Of a DNA stretch of 64,000 bases, positions 29,468 through 38,499 are shown in pieces; the stretch's first letter is position 1, and the number at the start of each line of letters is the position of its first letter. The stretch comes from Gammaproteobacteria bacterium (GTDB lineage Bacteria > Pseudomonadota > Gammaproteobacteria > G965209235), in assembly GCA_965209235.1 (NCBI GenBank), contig OZ242382.1, positions 1,058,957 to 1,122,956 on the forward strand, in the 5' to 3' direction. A program made the translations under genes and the position numbers. Under the pieces are notes generated by a model. It ran no database searches. It was not told where the DNA came from and saw nothing but the letters and a program-made list of their open reading frames with translations.

Positions 29468-31281
29468 GATTGGGTCACTTCGCACCGCAGGCGGGCGCGT
29501 AAAAAGTCGGATTGGTCATTGGGCAGGGCGCGTAGCCAGGCTTTGAGTTCTTCTTGCCGGGCGCGCTCGGCATCACTGAATTGCGCTTCAAGGCTGTCGT
29601 CTCCTTCGCCTTCGTCGCTGGCCGCCGTGGCCTCCTGATCAGGAGCGGCATCTGTTTCTTGTGCCTGGCTATCTTGCTCACCTTCTTGCTGCGATTCAGA
29701 CGCAGATTCCCCTGATTGCTCGCTGGGTTGTTGATCGGACGATTGAGCACCTTCATTGTCGGGGTCGCTGGGTTGTGATCCCTCGTCTTGAGCTTGCTGA
29801 TCGTTCCCGTCTTCACTATCACTAGGCGAGTCAGAGGCTTCGCGCTCGTCTGACTGATCACCGTCTCCTGTGTCCTGCGATTGATCCTCTTGGTCTTGCT
29901 GTTGTTCGGCAATCGCATCCAGCACTAGATCGAGGTTGCGCTGCACGTCATCGACGTTGACGGCGGTCGTCTCGTCGTGCCACGGAATTGCCCGCTCGAG
30001 CCAGTATTTCGCGGGATGCAAATCACCGGACTGCGCCAGTTCCGTGCCGAGGTTGTAAGCATGGCGCCGCGCATCGTCATCCTCAGAAGATTGCTTCAAA
30101 ATCTCAGCCGCTTGTGCATGGTCACCGGCGAGCGCCAGTGCGTAGGCCTTGCGATCGTGATCCTCAAACAACGCTGCCGCTCGCGTCGGATCGCCATCAT
30201 CGAGTGCCTCTTGAGCTTGTTGATCGCGCGTTTGCCACAGATCATCCCAAAAGCTCGATTCCGCAGCCCACGTGTTCAACGGCATGCAGGTGAGGGCGAG
30301 GGCAAGCAAGACGCCGCGGCGCCACAACGGAAAAGCGCAGGCCAGCAGCAAGGGAAGCAGCCAGTATCCGCTGTCCACTGGCTGGTGGGTGGCTGACCCC
30401 TCAATGCCATCGCCGCACCGAACCACGCAGTGGTCACGGGCGTAGTCCTCAATGTCCTCTTCCGTAAAGGACGCCACGCGGAACGTGCCGCCGCCCGCGT
30501 CTGCTGCCGCAGCGAGCGCATCATCATCGCGCCGCGCGAGCGTCAGTTCACCGTTGTCTGACCGTTCAAACACTCCGTCTTCACTAATCGGTGTCGGGCG
30601 ATCGGACCCCACCCCCAAAACCAACAGGCGAATCCCCGATTGGTCAATCGCTGACATTGCCGATTGTGACGGCGACCCCGTCATGGCAATCAAAATCATG
30701 GTGCGGCGCTTGGCAGCATTGGTGAATGTGGCGAGTGCCAAGTCCACGGCGGCCTCCAGATCATTGCCTCGCACGGGCGCCACGCTTGGCGATAACTGTT
30801 TTCCCAGGATCCCTAAGAAGCCTGAGTGCAGGGTGGTCGGACTAATCAAGTGCGCGGTCCCGGCATACCCAATGAGTGCGGTGCGGCCATTGGTGCGAAG
30901 ACGCAAGATGTCTGCTAATTTCAACCTCGCTTGTGCCATCGCGGACAGCGCTTGAGGTGCTTCGGCATCCATGTCTTCAGAGAGCTGAACAACAATCACG
31001 AGTTCACTGTTGTTGCGTGCAGCCGGCACTTCTTCCAGTAACCAACTCGGTCCCGCCAAGCCGATCCCTGCTGTGATCAATCCGGCCGCGGCACAGCCAC
31101 CGATCCAGCGCACGGAGACGGCGCTTTGCTGCAGCTGATGTGACAAAGCGGGGCCTAATACACCGTGCCAGACATTACTGGTGCGAAGTGCCAAGTGCAT
31201 CACCCACGGCATCAGTGCACCGGCGCCAATGAGAAGCAGCCACCACGGGCGGATCCACCACATGCCAAACAGTTCGATCAT
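29452..31281 (-). CDS. vWA + TPR protein (BatB/BatC-like) with acidic Q/D/E/S-rich linker
   Basis: 'RPWWLLL', 'GLAGPSW', 'RTALIGYAGTAH', TPR-like 'AYNLG..LA' and a low-complexity tail. Confidence 0.85.
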   Translation of the reverse strand: MIELFGMWWIRPWWLLLIGAGALMPWVMHLALRTSNVWHGVLGPALSHQLQQSAVSVRWIGGCAAAGLITAGIGLAGPSWLLEEVPAARNNSELVIVVQLSEDMDAEAPQALSAMAQARLKLADILRLRTNGRTALIGYAGTAHLISPTTLHSGFLGILGKQLSPSVAPVRGNDLEAAVDLALATFTNAAKRRTMILIAMTGSPSQSAMSAIDQSGIRLLVLGVGSDRPTPISEDGVFERSDNGELTLARRDDDALAAAADAGGGTFRVASFTEEDIEDYARDHCVVRCGDGIEGSATHQPVDSGYWLLPLLLACAFPLWRRGVLLALALTCMPLNTWAAESSFWDDLWQTRDQQAQEALDDGDPTRAAALFEDHDRKAYALALAGDHAQAAEILKQSSEDDDARRHAYNLGTELAQSGDLHPAKYWLERAIPWHDETTAVNVDDVQRNLDLVLDAIAEQQQDQEDQSQDTGDGDQSDEREASDSPSDSEDGNDQQAQDEGSQPSDPDNEGAQSSDQQPSEQSGESASESQQEGEQDSQAQETDAAPDQEATAASDEGEGDDSLEAQFSDAERARQEELKAWLRALPNDQSDFLRARLRCEVTQSCTER

Positions 31282-32258
31282 GCGCGCGCCGGAATCCACC
31301 GAAGAACTGACGGGAGTAGCAGGGACAGGGCGACGATGATGAGTCCCAACCCCACAGGCCACGCATACAGTTCGGTGATTGGCCTAAGTTGTTCCTCAAG
31401 CACGTGATCCACGGTCTCTAGTTCATCGATGCGCCGGTAGACCTGCTCCAGAGAACTCGTGTCATTCACCACGTGAAACGTTCCGCCTGTGAGCTCGGCC
31501 ATGCCTTTCATCGATCCTTCATCCAAATCGACGGGAGTTGGAAAAATACTGCGACCGCGAAACCCAATCGCGTGGATGCGCGTCTCAAATCCCGCGGCGC
31601 GGCGCGCGGCTTCGATCGGCGTGGTGATCCCGGAATTGTTGTGCCCGTCTGTCACAAGAATGATGGCGCTGTTGCCACGGGCGTCGTCTGGCAACAGGCC
31701 GAGTGAAGCGCCCACGGCATCGCCAATGGCCGTGCTCGGTCCTGCTAGCCCAGGCTTCAAGCTCAGAATGATGTCGGCCAGCGCTTCCCGGTCGTGCGTG
31801 AGCGGGACCACGGGATAGGGGTGCGAGCCAAACACCACCAGCGCGATTAGGTCATTGGGGCGATTACGGACGAACGTGGCCGCAACCTCTTGCAGGGCCT
31901 CTAGCCGCGTTGGTCCAAACGGTCCGATACTGGCATGTTGCTCCATGGATAAAGAAATATCGATGGCCAGCACGATCATGCGTGGATCGTGATCGATATC
32001 CACCGGCTCTCCGATGTTTTGCGGGCGCATCGCGCCGAGACACAGCAGACACCATGCCGCCATGGGCAGGATCAGCATTCTGAGAGACGAAGATGAGATC
32101 GTTGATGTGAGGTGTTCAGCCGGATGACCCCGCGGGATACTCAGCGCTGGTCGCAAGGGAGAGACGGGCGCGACAAAAAGCCAGAGCAATGGCACGGCCA
32201 TTAGCGCAGCCATCCAAGGCCACGCAAAAGCAATGGAGTCAATCATGAGGCGTGGCAT
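31278..32258 (-). CDS. vWA domain protein (BatA-like)
   Basis: MIDAS 'DISLS', 'LVVFG', 'TAIGDA', 'LVTDG'. Confidence 0.9.
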   Translation of the reverse strand: MPRLMIDSIAFAWPWMAALMAVPLLWLFVAPVSPLRPALSIPRGHPAEHLTSTISSSSLRMLILPMAAWCLLCLGAMRPQNIGEPVDIDHDPRMIVLAIDISLSMEQHASIGPFGPTRLEALQEVAATFVRNRPNDLIALVVFGSHPYPVVPLTHDREALADIILSLKPGLAGPSTAIGDAVGASLGLLPDDARGNSAIILVTDGHNNSGITTPIEAARRAAGFETRIHAIGFRGRSIFPTPVDLDEGSMKGMAELTGGTFHVVNDTSSLEQVYRRIDELETVDHVLEEQLRPITELYAWPVGLGLIIVALSLLLPSVLRWIPARA

Positions 32259-32709
32259 TTGACATCAACCAACCGCGCGCGAGTTCAGCAAACTCAATGA
32301 CAGATTCAGGGGTGGCGTCTTGGCCACCAAATAGCACTGCATCTAGCGGCGCTGGCTCCATCACCACCATGCCGCTGGCACGATATACCGCGTCAAGCCA
32401 CGCGGACGTGGGCCATGACAACGACCCAGCGTCAAGAGACGGAGCCATGCCCGAGCGCGTGATTTGCATTGCAGAGCGCAAGGCGGCTGTGTGCGTGATC
32501 TCCCCGCGGTCGACCTGCGCTAACAGTCGCGTCAATCGGCGGTAGGCTTTGCGGTGCGGCTGCCGTCTTAGGTAGCCCCACGTGGCGAGTGTTGCCATGG
32601 TGATGACGACAAGGATGATCACGATCCAGTAGCCCCATGCCAACGGCCACCATCCCGGCGGGTCAAGCGCAACCACGCTCGCAAGCTGATCTTGCCAGGC
32701 AGATTCCAT
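32239..32709 (-). CDS. DUF4381-like membrane protein
   Basis: 'PPGWWPLAWGYW' followed by one TM helix; usual position in MoxR operons. Confidence 0.8.
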   Translation of the reverse strand: MESAWQDQLASVVALDPPGWWPLAWGYWIVIILVVITMATLATWGYLRRQPHRKAYRRLTRLLAQVDRGEITHTAALRSAMQITRSGMAPSLDAGSLSWPTSAWLDAVYRASGMVVMEPAPLDAVLFGGQDATPESVIEFAELARGWLMSNATPHD

Positions 32710-32715
32710 GAGCGC

Positions 32716-33633
32716 TTAGCGCCGTCGCTGCAGGCTGTGAAGGGCCGATGCATCGATCGTGGCGCCGGCATCGAGTTCCACAAATTGCGCGCCGGTGGAT
32801 GCGCTCACGTCGCGCAAGATCTCCAGACGTTCTTGTGTCGCTTTGGCGATAGCGCCCGTGTTTCGCCCAAAGGTGACGTCAAATCGTTGGTCGCCGCGCG
32901 CTAGCGGATAGGTGCCAGACGGCAACTCTTCGCGCTCGAAACGATCCACCACGCACATCACCACGCCGCTGCGTTTAAGCGCGGCGCGCATCGACCGGGT
33001 TTCGGTCTCGCTAATGTCGTGAACGCCGGTAATGATGAAAGCGATCGCGCAGGATTGGGCCACGTCAGCCGCGACGCGGGAGAGGACGCCTTGCCACGTG
33101 TCATCGACATCGCTCGGTTCGTCGAGGCATGCGCTTGCCAGAGAAGCGCACCACTGGCGCCGCCCGCGCTCACCTCGGCATTCGCCGGTGTCGATGACGC
33201 GAGAGGGCGTGGCAATCATGGCGCGGCAAGACCCGTTGTCATCGATGACGCTGTGCGCTAACAACGTGGCTAGTTCTAGGGCGACCACGCCCTTGGTGCC
33301 GACGCAGGTCCCAAAGTCCATGGGCGCGCGCAGATCGATGGCGACGATCACCGAGACGTCTGAGTCGGGGTGAAAGACTTTGGTGTGGGGTTTGCCTGTG
33401 CGTGCGGTCACCTTCCAGTCTAGATGCCGGGGATCATCCCCAATGTGATAGGCGCGCACCTCTGCAAACTCCATGCCCAGCCCGCGCAACGCCGAGGTGG
33501 CGTCGCGTTGTCCGGCTTGCGTGGACGACCCCGTTAAGATTTTCCGAGCACTGGATTGCAGGCTCATGAGCTGGGCAGCGGTGACCGATCGTCCGGGAAA
33601 GACCGGCAGGCTAGCGCGCGACGTGCCAATCAC
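32716..33633 (-). CDS. DUF58 domain protein
   Basis: 'G.GMEFAEVRAY..GDD.R.LDWKVTARTGKPHTK.F'. Confidence 0.9.
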   Translation of the reverse strand: MIGTSRASLPVFPGRSVTAAQLMSLQSSARKILTGSSTQAGQRDATSALRGLGMEFAEVRAYHIGDDPRHLDWKVTARTGKPHTKVFHPDSDVSVIVAIDLRAPMDFGTCVGTKGVVALELATLLAHSVIDDNGSCRAMIATPSRVIDTGECRGERGRRQWCASLASACLDEPSDVDDTWQGVLSRVAADVAQSCAIAFIITGVHDISETETRSMRAALKRSGVVMCVVDRFEREELPSGTYPLARGDQRFDVTFGRNTGAIAKATQERLEILRDVSASTGAQFVELDAGATIDASALHSLQRRR

Positions 33634-34616
33634 AGCGTAATAGGAGTATTGGTCAGAAGGTCAGACACCACCATGTCCGCTGTGGTGCCATCCGCTTGGG
33701 CGTCATACGTCAATCCCAAGCGATGGCGAAGGACATCGTGGGCGACTTGTTGACAGTCTTCGGGGGCGACAAAGCTTCGTCCCTTGAGCCAAGCCGTCGC
33801 GCGCGCTGCGCGCTCAATATAGATGGCGGCGCGCGGGCCTGCGCCCCACGCTAGGGGTCCGTTGGTCTGTCCGGGTTTGGGCCGAGTCGCCACCACCAGA
33901 CGCACGATGTATCGGGCGAGTTCGGGTGACATCGTGATATCGGCAATGCCTTGCTTCGCGGCCGTCAGCGCATCCACCGAAATCGTCTCGCTCGAAGTGT
34001 TGTCCGTAGGCTCGTTTTCTGAATCCGTGGCGCGGGACCACTCATCGCGCGCCAGTTCTAGGATGCGCACTTCATCATCGACCGTGGGGTAGTCCACCGG
34101 CACATGCATAAAAAAGCGATCCAACTGGGCTTCAGGCAAGGGGTTGGTGCCGTGCTGCTCGATCGGGTTTTGGGTGGCCATGACAAGGAACGGTTGCGGC
34201 AGTTGCCATGACTTTAGACCGACGGTGATTTGCCGTTCTTCCATCGCTTCCAAGAGCGCGGACTGCACCTTCGCAGGTGCCCGATTGATTTCATCTGCAA
34301 GGATGAGGTTGTGAAACAGCGGGCCCTGACGAAACTCAAATGTTCCGCTTCCTTGCACAAAGATATCGGTCCCCGTGAGATCAGAGGGCAACAGGTCGGG
34401 CGTGAACTGAACGCGGTGAAAAGACAGGTGCAGCAATGTGGATAACGCCCGGATCGCTCGCGTCTTAGCTAGGCCAGGCCGGCCTTCGACCAATAGATGG
34501 CCGTCGCAGATAAGCGCGAGCAGCAATCGTTGTGACAACGCTGGTTGGCCGATGATCGACGTCTCAAGGCGCGCTTGCGCAGCCGCGAGAGCGTCCCGCG
34601 CTTCAGCTGGAGTCAT
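33630..34616 (-). CDS. moxR: MoxR-family AAA+ ATPase
   Basis: 'LVEGRPGLAKT', 'RVQFTPDLLPSD', 'LADEINRAPAKVQSALLEAM', 'ATQNPIEQ', 'PEAQLDRF'. Confidence 0.95.
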   Translation of the reverse strand: MTPAEARDALAAAQARLETSIIGQPALSQRLLLALICDGHLLVEGRPGLAKTRAIRALSTLLHLSFHRVQFTPDLLPSDLTGTDIFVQGSGTFEFRQGPLFHNLILADEINRAPAKVQSALLEAMEERQITVGLKSWQLPQPFLVMATQNPIEQHGTNPLPEAQLDRFFMHVPVDYPTVDDEVRILELARDEWSRATDSENEPTDNTSSETISVDALTAAKQGIADITMSPELARYIVRLVVATRPKPGQTNGPLAWGAGPRAAIYIERAARATAWLKGRSFVAPEDCQQVAHDVLRHRLGLTYDAQADGTTADMVVSDLLTNTPITL

Positions 34617-34724
34617 AAAGGAATGGATGGTGCGACGATGTCAAATTGTGACACGTCGTTGCATTCTCAAATGGAACCCGGGTGCCGGGTGATGGATAAT
34701 CAGGCGTCGCTTCGATTTGTCATC

Positions 34725-35597
34725 GTGGATATTCAAGCGGCCATTATTCCATGCGCGGGTCGCGGCCTGCGCATGATGCCCTTGACTAAGGCGGTGTCCA
34801 AACCGCTACTCCCGGTCTTGGACCGCCCTCTGATTCAGTACGCCATCGACGAAGCGTGGGCCGCGGGATGCACGCGGGTGATCTTGGTTGTCTCACCCGG
34901 TGACGCGGCTATGCGACGGTACGTGGCGCCCGATCCCGAGCTCAAGCGCATCACTGTCAAACGCGAGGCTGTTGCGAAATTAGTCGCCATGAGCGATGTG
35001 CCTCCGGGATGTGACATCGTCGTTGCTGAGCAAACCGAACCGCATGGCTTGGGTCATGCCGTGGGCGTGGGGTGCGCGCACCTTGGCCCCAACGAATCCT
35101 TTGCTGTCATCCTGCCTGACGAAGTCGTGTTGCCGCCTCAGGTAGCTGGGCAACGAGTGGGATTGGCTGCGCTGGTGGATGTCGTGCAGAGCACAGGTCG
35201 CGCCGCTGTTGCGGTGGAACCGGTGGATCCGGCGCACACGCGAAGCTATGGCATTGCTGACTGTGACTCGCTCGAAGGCCAGATCAGCGTGCCGTTGCGC
35301 GGTGTCGTTGAAAAGCCAGATCCCGATGATGCGCCCTCGTGCTACCGCTTGCCGGGACGATATATCCTTCCACCTGAAGTGGCTCGTGCTCTCGCTCGGA
35401 CGCCTCGTGGAGCCGGTGATGAAATCCAGCTCACCGATGGTATTCATATTGCGGTGCAAGACGGTGCTGCGATTGATGGTGCGCTCATGGTGGGCGACAT
35501 TGAAGACTGCGGAAATCATGCTGGTGTCTTGAAAGCGACCATCCGGATCGCGAAGCGGAAACCCGAGTTTATGACCGTGCTTGAGTCGGTGTTGTGA
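34725..35597 (+). CDS. galU: UTP--glucose-1-phosphate uridylyltransferase
   Basis: 'AIIPCAGRGLRMMPLTKA..KPLLP', 'Q..P.GLGHAV', 'LPD', 'VEKP', 'EIQLTD'. Start is uncertain (34692 or 34725). Confidence 0.9.
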   Translation: MDIQAAIIPCAGRGLRMMPLTKAVSKPLLPVLDRPLIQYAIDEAWAAGCTRVILVVSPGDAAMRRYVAPDPELKRITVKREAVAKLVAMSDVPPGCDIVVAEQTEPHGLGHAVGVGCAHLGPNESFAVILPDEVVLPPQVAGQRVGLAALVDVVQSTGRAAVAVEPVDPAHTRSYGIADCDSLEGQISVPLRGVVEKPDPDDAPSCYRLPGRYILPPEVARALARTPRGAGDEIQLTDGIHIAVQDGAAIDGALMVGDIEDCGNHAGVLKATIRIAKRKPEFMTVLESVL

Positions 35598-36709
35598 GAC
35601 TGTCGCTTAAGGCATTATTGACAGCGAGAACGATCGCAAAGAGCTTGGGCTTGCTGGGCGTAGGTTGGAAAATTGCGCCATACCGCACGCGCGAACTGAG
35701 CCTCAAGATCATTCGGACGGTCATGTCCGGTGGCGTGCCTGCTGCGCCGACCGGTCAGCACACAAAGGCGCTGGGCCTGACGTTCCAGAATCCCATTGGG
35801 ATTGCCGCTGGTATTGACAAAGACGGCAAATACTTGTCCGCGCTGGCGCACTGCGGCTTTGGCTGCATTGAAGTGGGCACGGTCACGCCGAAGCCTCAAG
35901 GTCCGAATACAGGATCCGTGATGCATGCGATGCCTAGGTCAGAGGGATTGAGCATGATCAATCGGCTGGGGTTTCCCGGCGAGGGCATGGTGGCGGTGAG
36001 ACAACGCATCGAAGCCGAATGTCCGTGGGTGATGAATGTCCCTAGCCACGAGCGACCCATTGTCGGGATCAACATCGGCAAAAATCGCGACACGCCCATG
36101 GACACCATGCACGAGGACTATGTCCGCTGCGCCGAGTACATGGCGCCCGTGGCTGATTACATCACAATCAACTTGAGCTCCCCGAATACGGCAGGGCTAC
36201 GCGATGCGTTGCTGGGCACGGGACTACGCGATCTTCTGGGCGATGTGAAGGACCGGGCGTCTGCTACCGGCACCATGCCAGTGATCCTCAAAGTGCCGCC
36301 GGATCTCGCAACGCCCGAGATTCAAGCGGTGAGAAACGCTGCTGAACGCGCTGGTATCGATGGGATCTGTTGTGGCAACACGTTGTCAGTCAAACGAGGC
36401 GATAAATCCCCCGCCGATCAAAAGACCTTTGTCATGGACGGCGGATTGAGTGGTGCTGCGGTTGCAGAGACCTCGCTTCGGGCTTTGCAGGCGTGGGATG
36501 ACGCTTTGCGTGATTCGTCACTCGCCTTGATTGCGTGTGGGGGGATCCAGACGCCTGACGATCTCGCGAGCCGCTTGGACACCAAAGCCTCGCTTGTGCA
36601 AATCTGCACGGGACTAGTCGACCGGCCCGCAGAATGGATGAAGTACATCGACGTGCGGCCATCGAGTGAGCGCAATACGACGAGGAGCGCTCGAGCTAGC
36701 GCCGCCTGA
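35594..36709 (+). CDS. pyrD: Dihydroorotate dehydrogenase (quinone, class 2)
   Basis: 'GIAAGIDK', 'EVGTVTP', 'NRLGF', 'GINIGKN', 'NLSSPNT', 'GGLSG'; GTGA overlap with galU. Confidence 0.92.
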   Translation: MRLSLKALLTARTIAKSLGLLGVGWKIAPYRTRELSLKIIRTVMSGGVPAAPTGQHTKALGLTFQNPIGIAAGIDKDGKYLSALAHCGFGCIEVGTVTPKPQGPNTGSVMHAMPRSEGLSMINRLGFPGEGMVAVRQRIEAECPWVMNVPSHERPIVGINIGKNRDTPMDTMHEDYVRCAEYMAPVADYITINLSSPNTAGLRDALLGTGLRDLLGDVKDRASATGTMPVILKVPPDLATPEIQAVRNAAERAGIDGICCGNTLSVKRGDKSPADQKTFVMDGGLSGAAVAETSLRALQAWDDALRDSSLALIACGGIQTPDDLASRLDTKASLVQICTGLVDRPAEWMKYIDVRPSSERNTTRSARASAA

Positions 36710-38499
36710 TGTCAAAGGCACAAAAACGCGTGCAGTGGACTCAGTACAACATTCCAATCTTTGTCGTTAGCATGCCAAATAGCGGCCCTCGCCGCGATGC
36801 AATGACGGAACAGCTCAAACAACAGCAACTCCCTTTCCGCTTTATTCCTGGTGTGATGGTTCCCGGTGATGTGACGGAGCATGCGATGACCGCTTTACGG
36901 CGCCGGGTGGCCGACTGTGGCGCTAAACCATTAACGGCGCCTGAAGAAGGCATCTTCTTGGCGCACACACGCGCGTTGGCACAGTTGGTCCGCGAAGGGT
37001 GCGATGGAGCGGTCATCATGGAAGATGACGTCAAGTTGAGACCAGAGTTTCGCGGCGCGCTGCAAGAACTCCATCCGGCGCATCCCCCGCAATGGTTTAC
37101 GCACTACGAGTTTGATCCTGACAACGTGGTCAGTCGCTTGACGTATTGGAAGAGCCGCCGCGGCGCGAGACTGAAGACGGGGCCTGTGATTTCCACTTGC
37201 GCCTTATCGTGGGGCGGCGGCACAGCCGCGTACTGGGTGGACAGGCGGTCGGCGCTACTGTATTTAGCGGCGTTTCAGAGTCTGAGCGCACCGATTGACA
37301 TGATGTATTTGGATCGCCAGCTTGCGCCGCAGTGGGTGTGGGTCCCGCGGCCACGCACGGCACCAGCCCTTCATCCGTATGAGAGCCCGACGAGTGCAGC
37401 GACAGAAGCACGTAAGTCAACCGGCCGCGACCCGCATGCGCGGCTGGGTATCCTGCGGGCGGCGGGTACGGCCCTCGTGGCGGCGGCCCTTTGGGCGTTG
37501 CCAACGCCCACTCCTGGCACGCGCAAAGAGAGCGTGATGAAACGGCGTGGTCCGCTGGGATTCTTACGCCATTACGCGCGGGAAAGGGCGCAAGATCAAC
37601 GCCCGCTGACGCGCTTCAGCTGCGGCGCGAAGGCTCCCATCTACATCGCCGGTGACGTGCCATCCATGCCGGAGTGGGTGAAGACGTCTGGTAGCCGCGT
37701 GATGGTCGCGCCTCAGTCCGTCGCGCTCCCCCCGGAGCTGATTGATCACGAGATGGGGCATCTGGCGTGGGGAGAATGGCCGGATGTGACGAAACGCCGT
37801 GCAGCCGCGCACCTTTGGTGTATCGCGCGCATTGCCCGGGAACAGGCACAGGGGGCGATTGTGATGGAGCCGCATGCTGCACCTCACTCGGATTTTGCCG
37901 CGCTGTCAGAGGTGTTGCATCACCGCGGGCATCACTTTCCGTTGCTGCAACTGGTCAAAATCTTTCCCAAAGCCGGCGGCCCCTTGGGATCGCCCGTGTT
38001 TTCCCGCCGAAACGTGCGCTGGGCGCTCGACGCGCCGCGAACCTGCAGCCTCAATATGGGACAGGCCCCAAGCGCCGCGGCGTATTGGATTTCACGAGAC
38101 TATGCCAAACGCCTGATACGCGAGCTTGTCCCGTTGCGTGCGCCCATCGAATGGGCTTTGTTTGGCAATCCTTGGGCGGTGCGGCCACACTGGGCCATTG
38201 ATGCCGGACCATCGCCCGTCTCAGTGCAAGGAGTTGATCCCGGCGCGATCACGTGTGATAGTGGCCAGGGTCGTCTCGCGGCCTTGCGCCGCGTCGAACT
38301 CTCGTGGCGACACGTGTCGGATGACGATGCAAAAACACGCTGGGTGCGGCCGCAGCGGTTTCCATTGCGACCGCAGTTTGCGGCCACATGGCTGCGGCGA
38401 TTTCGTGGTCCCGCGCCCGTCGCCGAAATGGGTACGCAGCAATTGATGCAGGCGCTTGCGACGCTGTCCCCGGCTGATCAGAGGGATCCCATCGGATGA
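36709..38499 (+). CDS. Tandem GT25-like glycosyltransferase, paralog A (N-domain EDD, C-domain EPH)
   Basis: 'IPIFVVSM...RR', 'EEGIFLAH', 'AVIMEDD', 'GTAAYWVDRRSA', 'PID'; a second similar domain follows. TGATG overlap with pyrD. Confidence 0.75.
   Translation: MSKAQKRVQWTQYNIPIFVVSMPNSGPRRDAMTEQLKQQQLPFRFIPGVMVPGDVTEHAMTALRRRVADCGAKPLTAPEEGIFLAHTRALAQLVREGCDGAVIMEDDVKLRPEFRGALQELHPAHPPQWFTHYEFDPDNVVSRLTYWKSRRGARLKTGPVISTCALSWGGGTAAYWVDRRSALLYLAAFQSLSAPIDMMYLDRQLAPQWVWVPRPRTAPALHPYESPTSAATEARKSTGRDPHARLGILRAAGTALVAAALWALPTPTPGTRKESVMKRRGPLGFLRHYARERAQDQRPLTRFSCGAKAPIYIAGDVPSMPEWVKTSGSRVMVAPQSVALPPELIDHEMGHLAWGEWPDVTKRRAAAHLWCIARIAREQAQGAIVMEPHAAPHSDFAALSEVLHHRGHHFPLLQLVKIFPKAGGPLGSPVFSRRNVRWALDAPRTCSLNMGQAPSAAAYWISRDYAKRLIRELVPLRAPIEWALFGNPWAVRPHWAIDAGPSPVSVQGVDPGAITCDSGQGRLAALRRVELSWRHVSDDDAKTRWVRPQRFPLRPQFAATWLRRFRGPAPVAEMGTQQLMQALATLSPADQRDPIG

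Noticed and set aside
27938-34616. MoxR-DUF58-DUF4381-vWA-vWA/TPR-BatD operon as a novel system
   Set aside because: This is a well-known, widespread Bat-type cluster; the acidic low-complexity linker is usual for it.
35960-35985. PyrD 'GFPGEG' in place of 'GFNN.G' as loss of function
   Set aside because: The orotate- and FMN-binding motifs (DK, NRxGF, SSPNT with the catalytic Ser, GNT) are retained.
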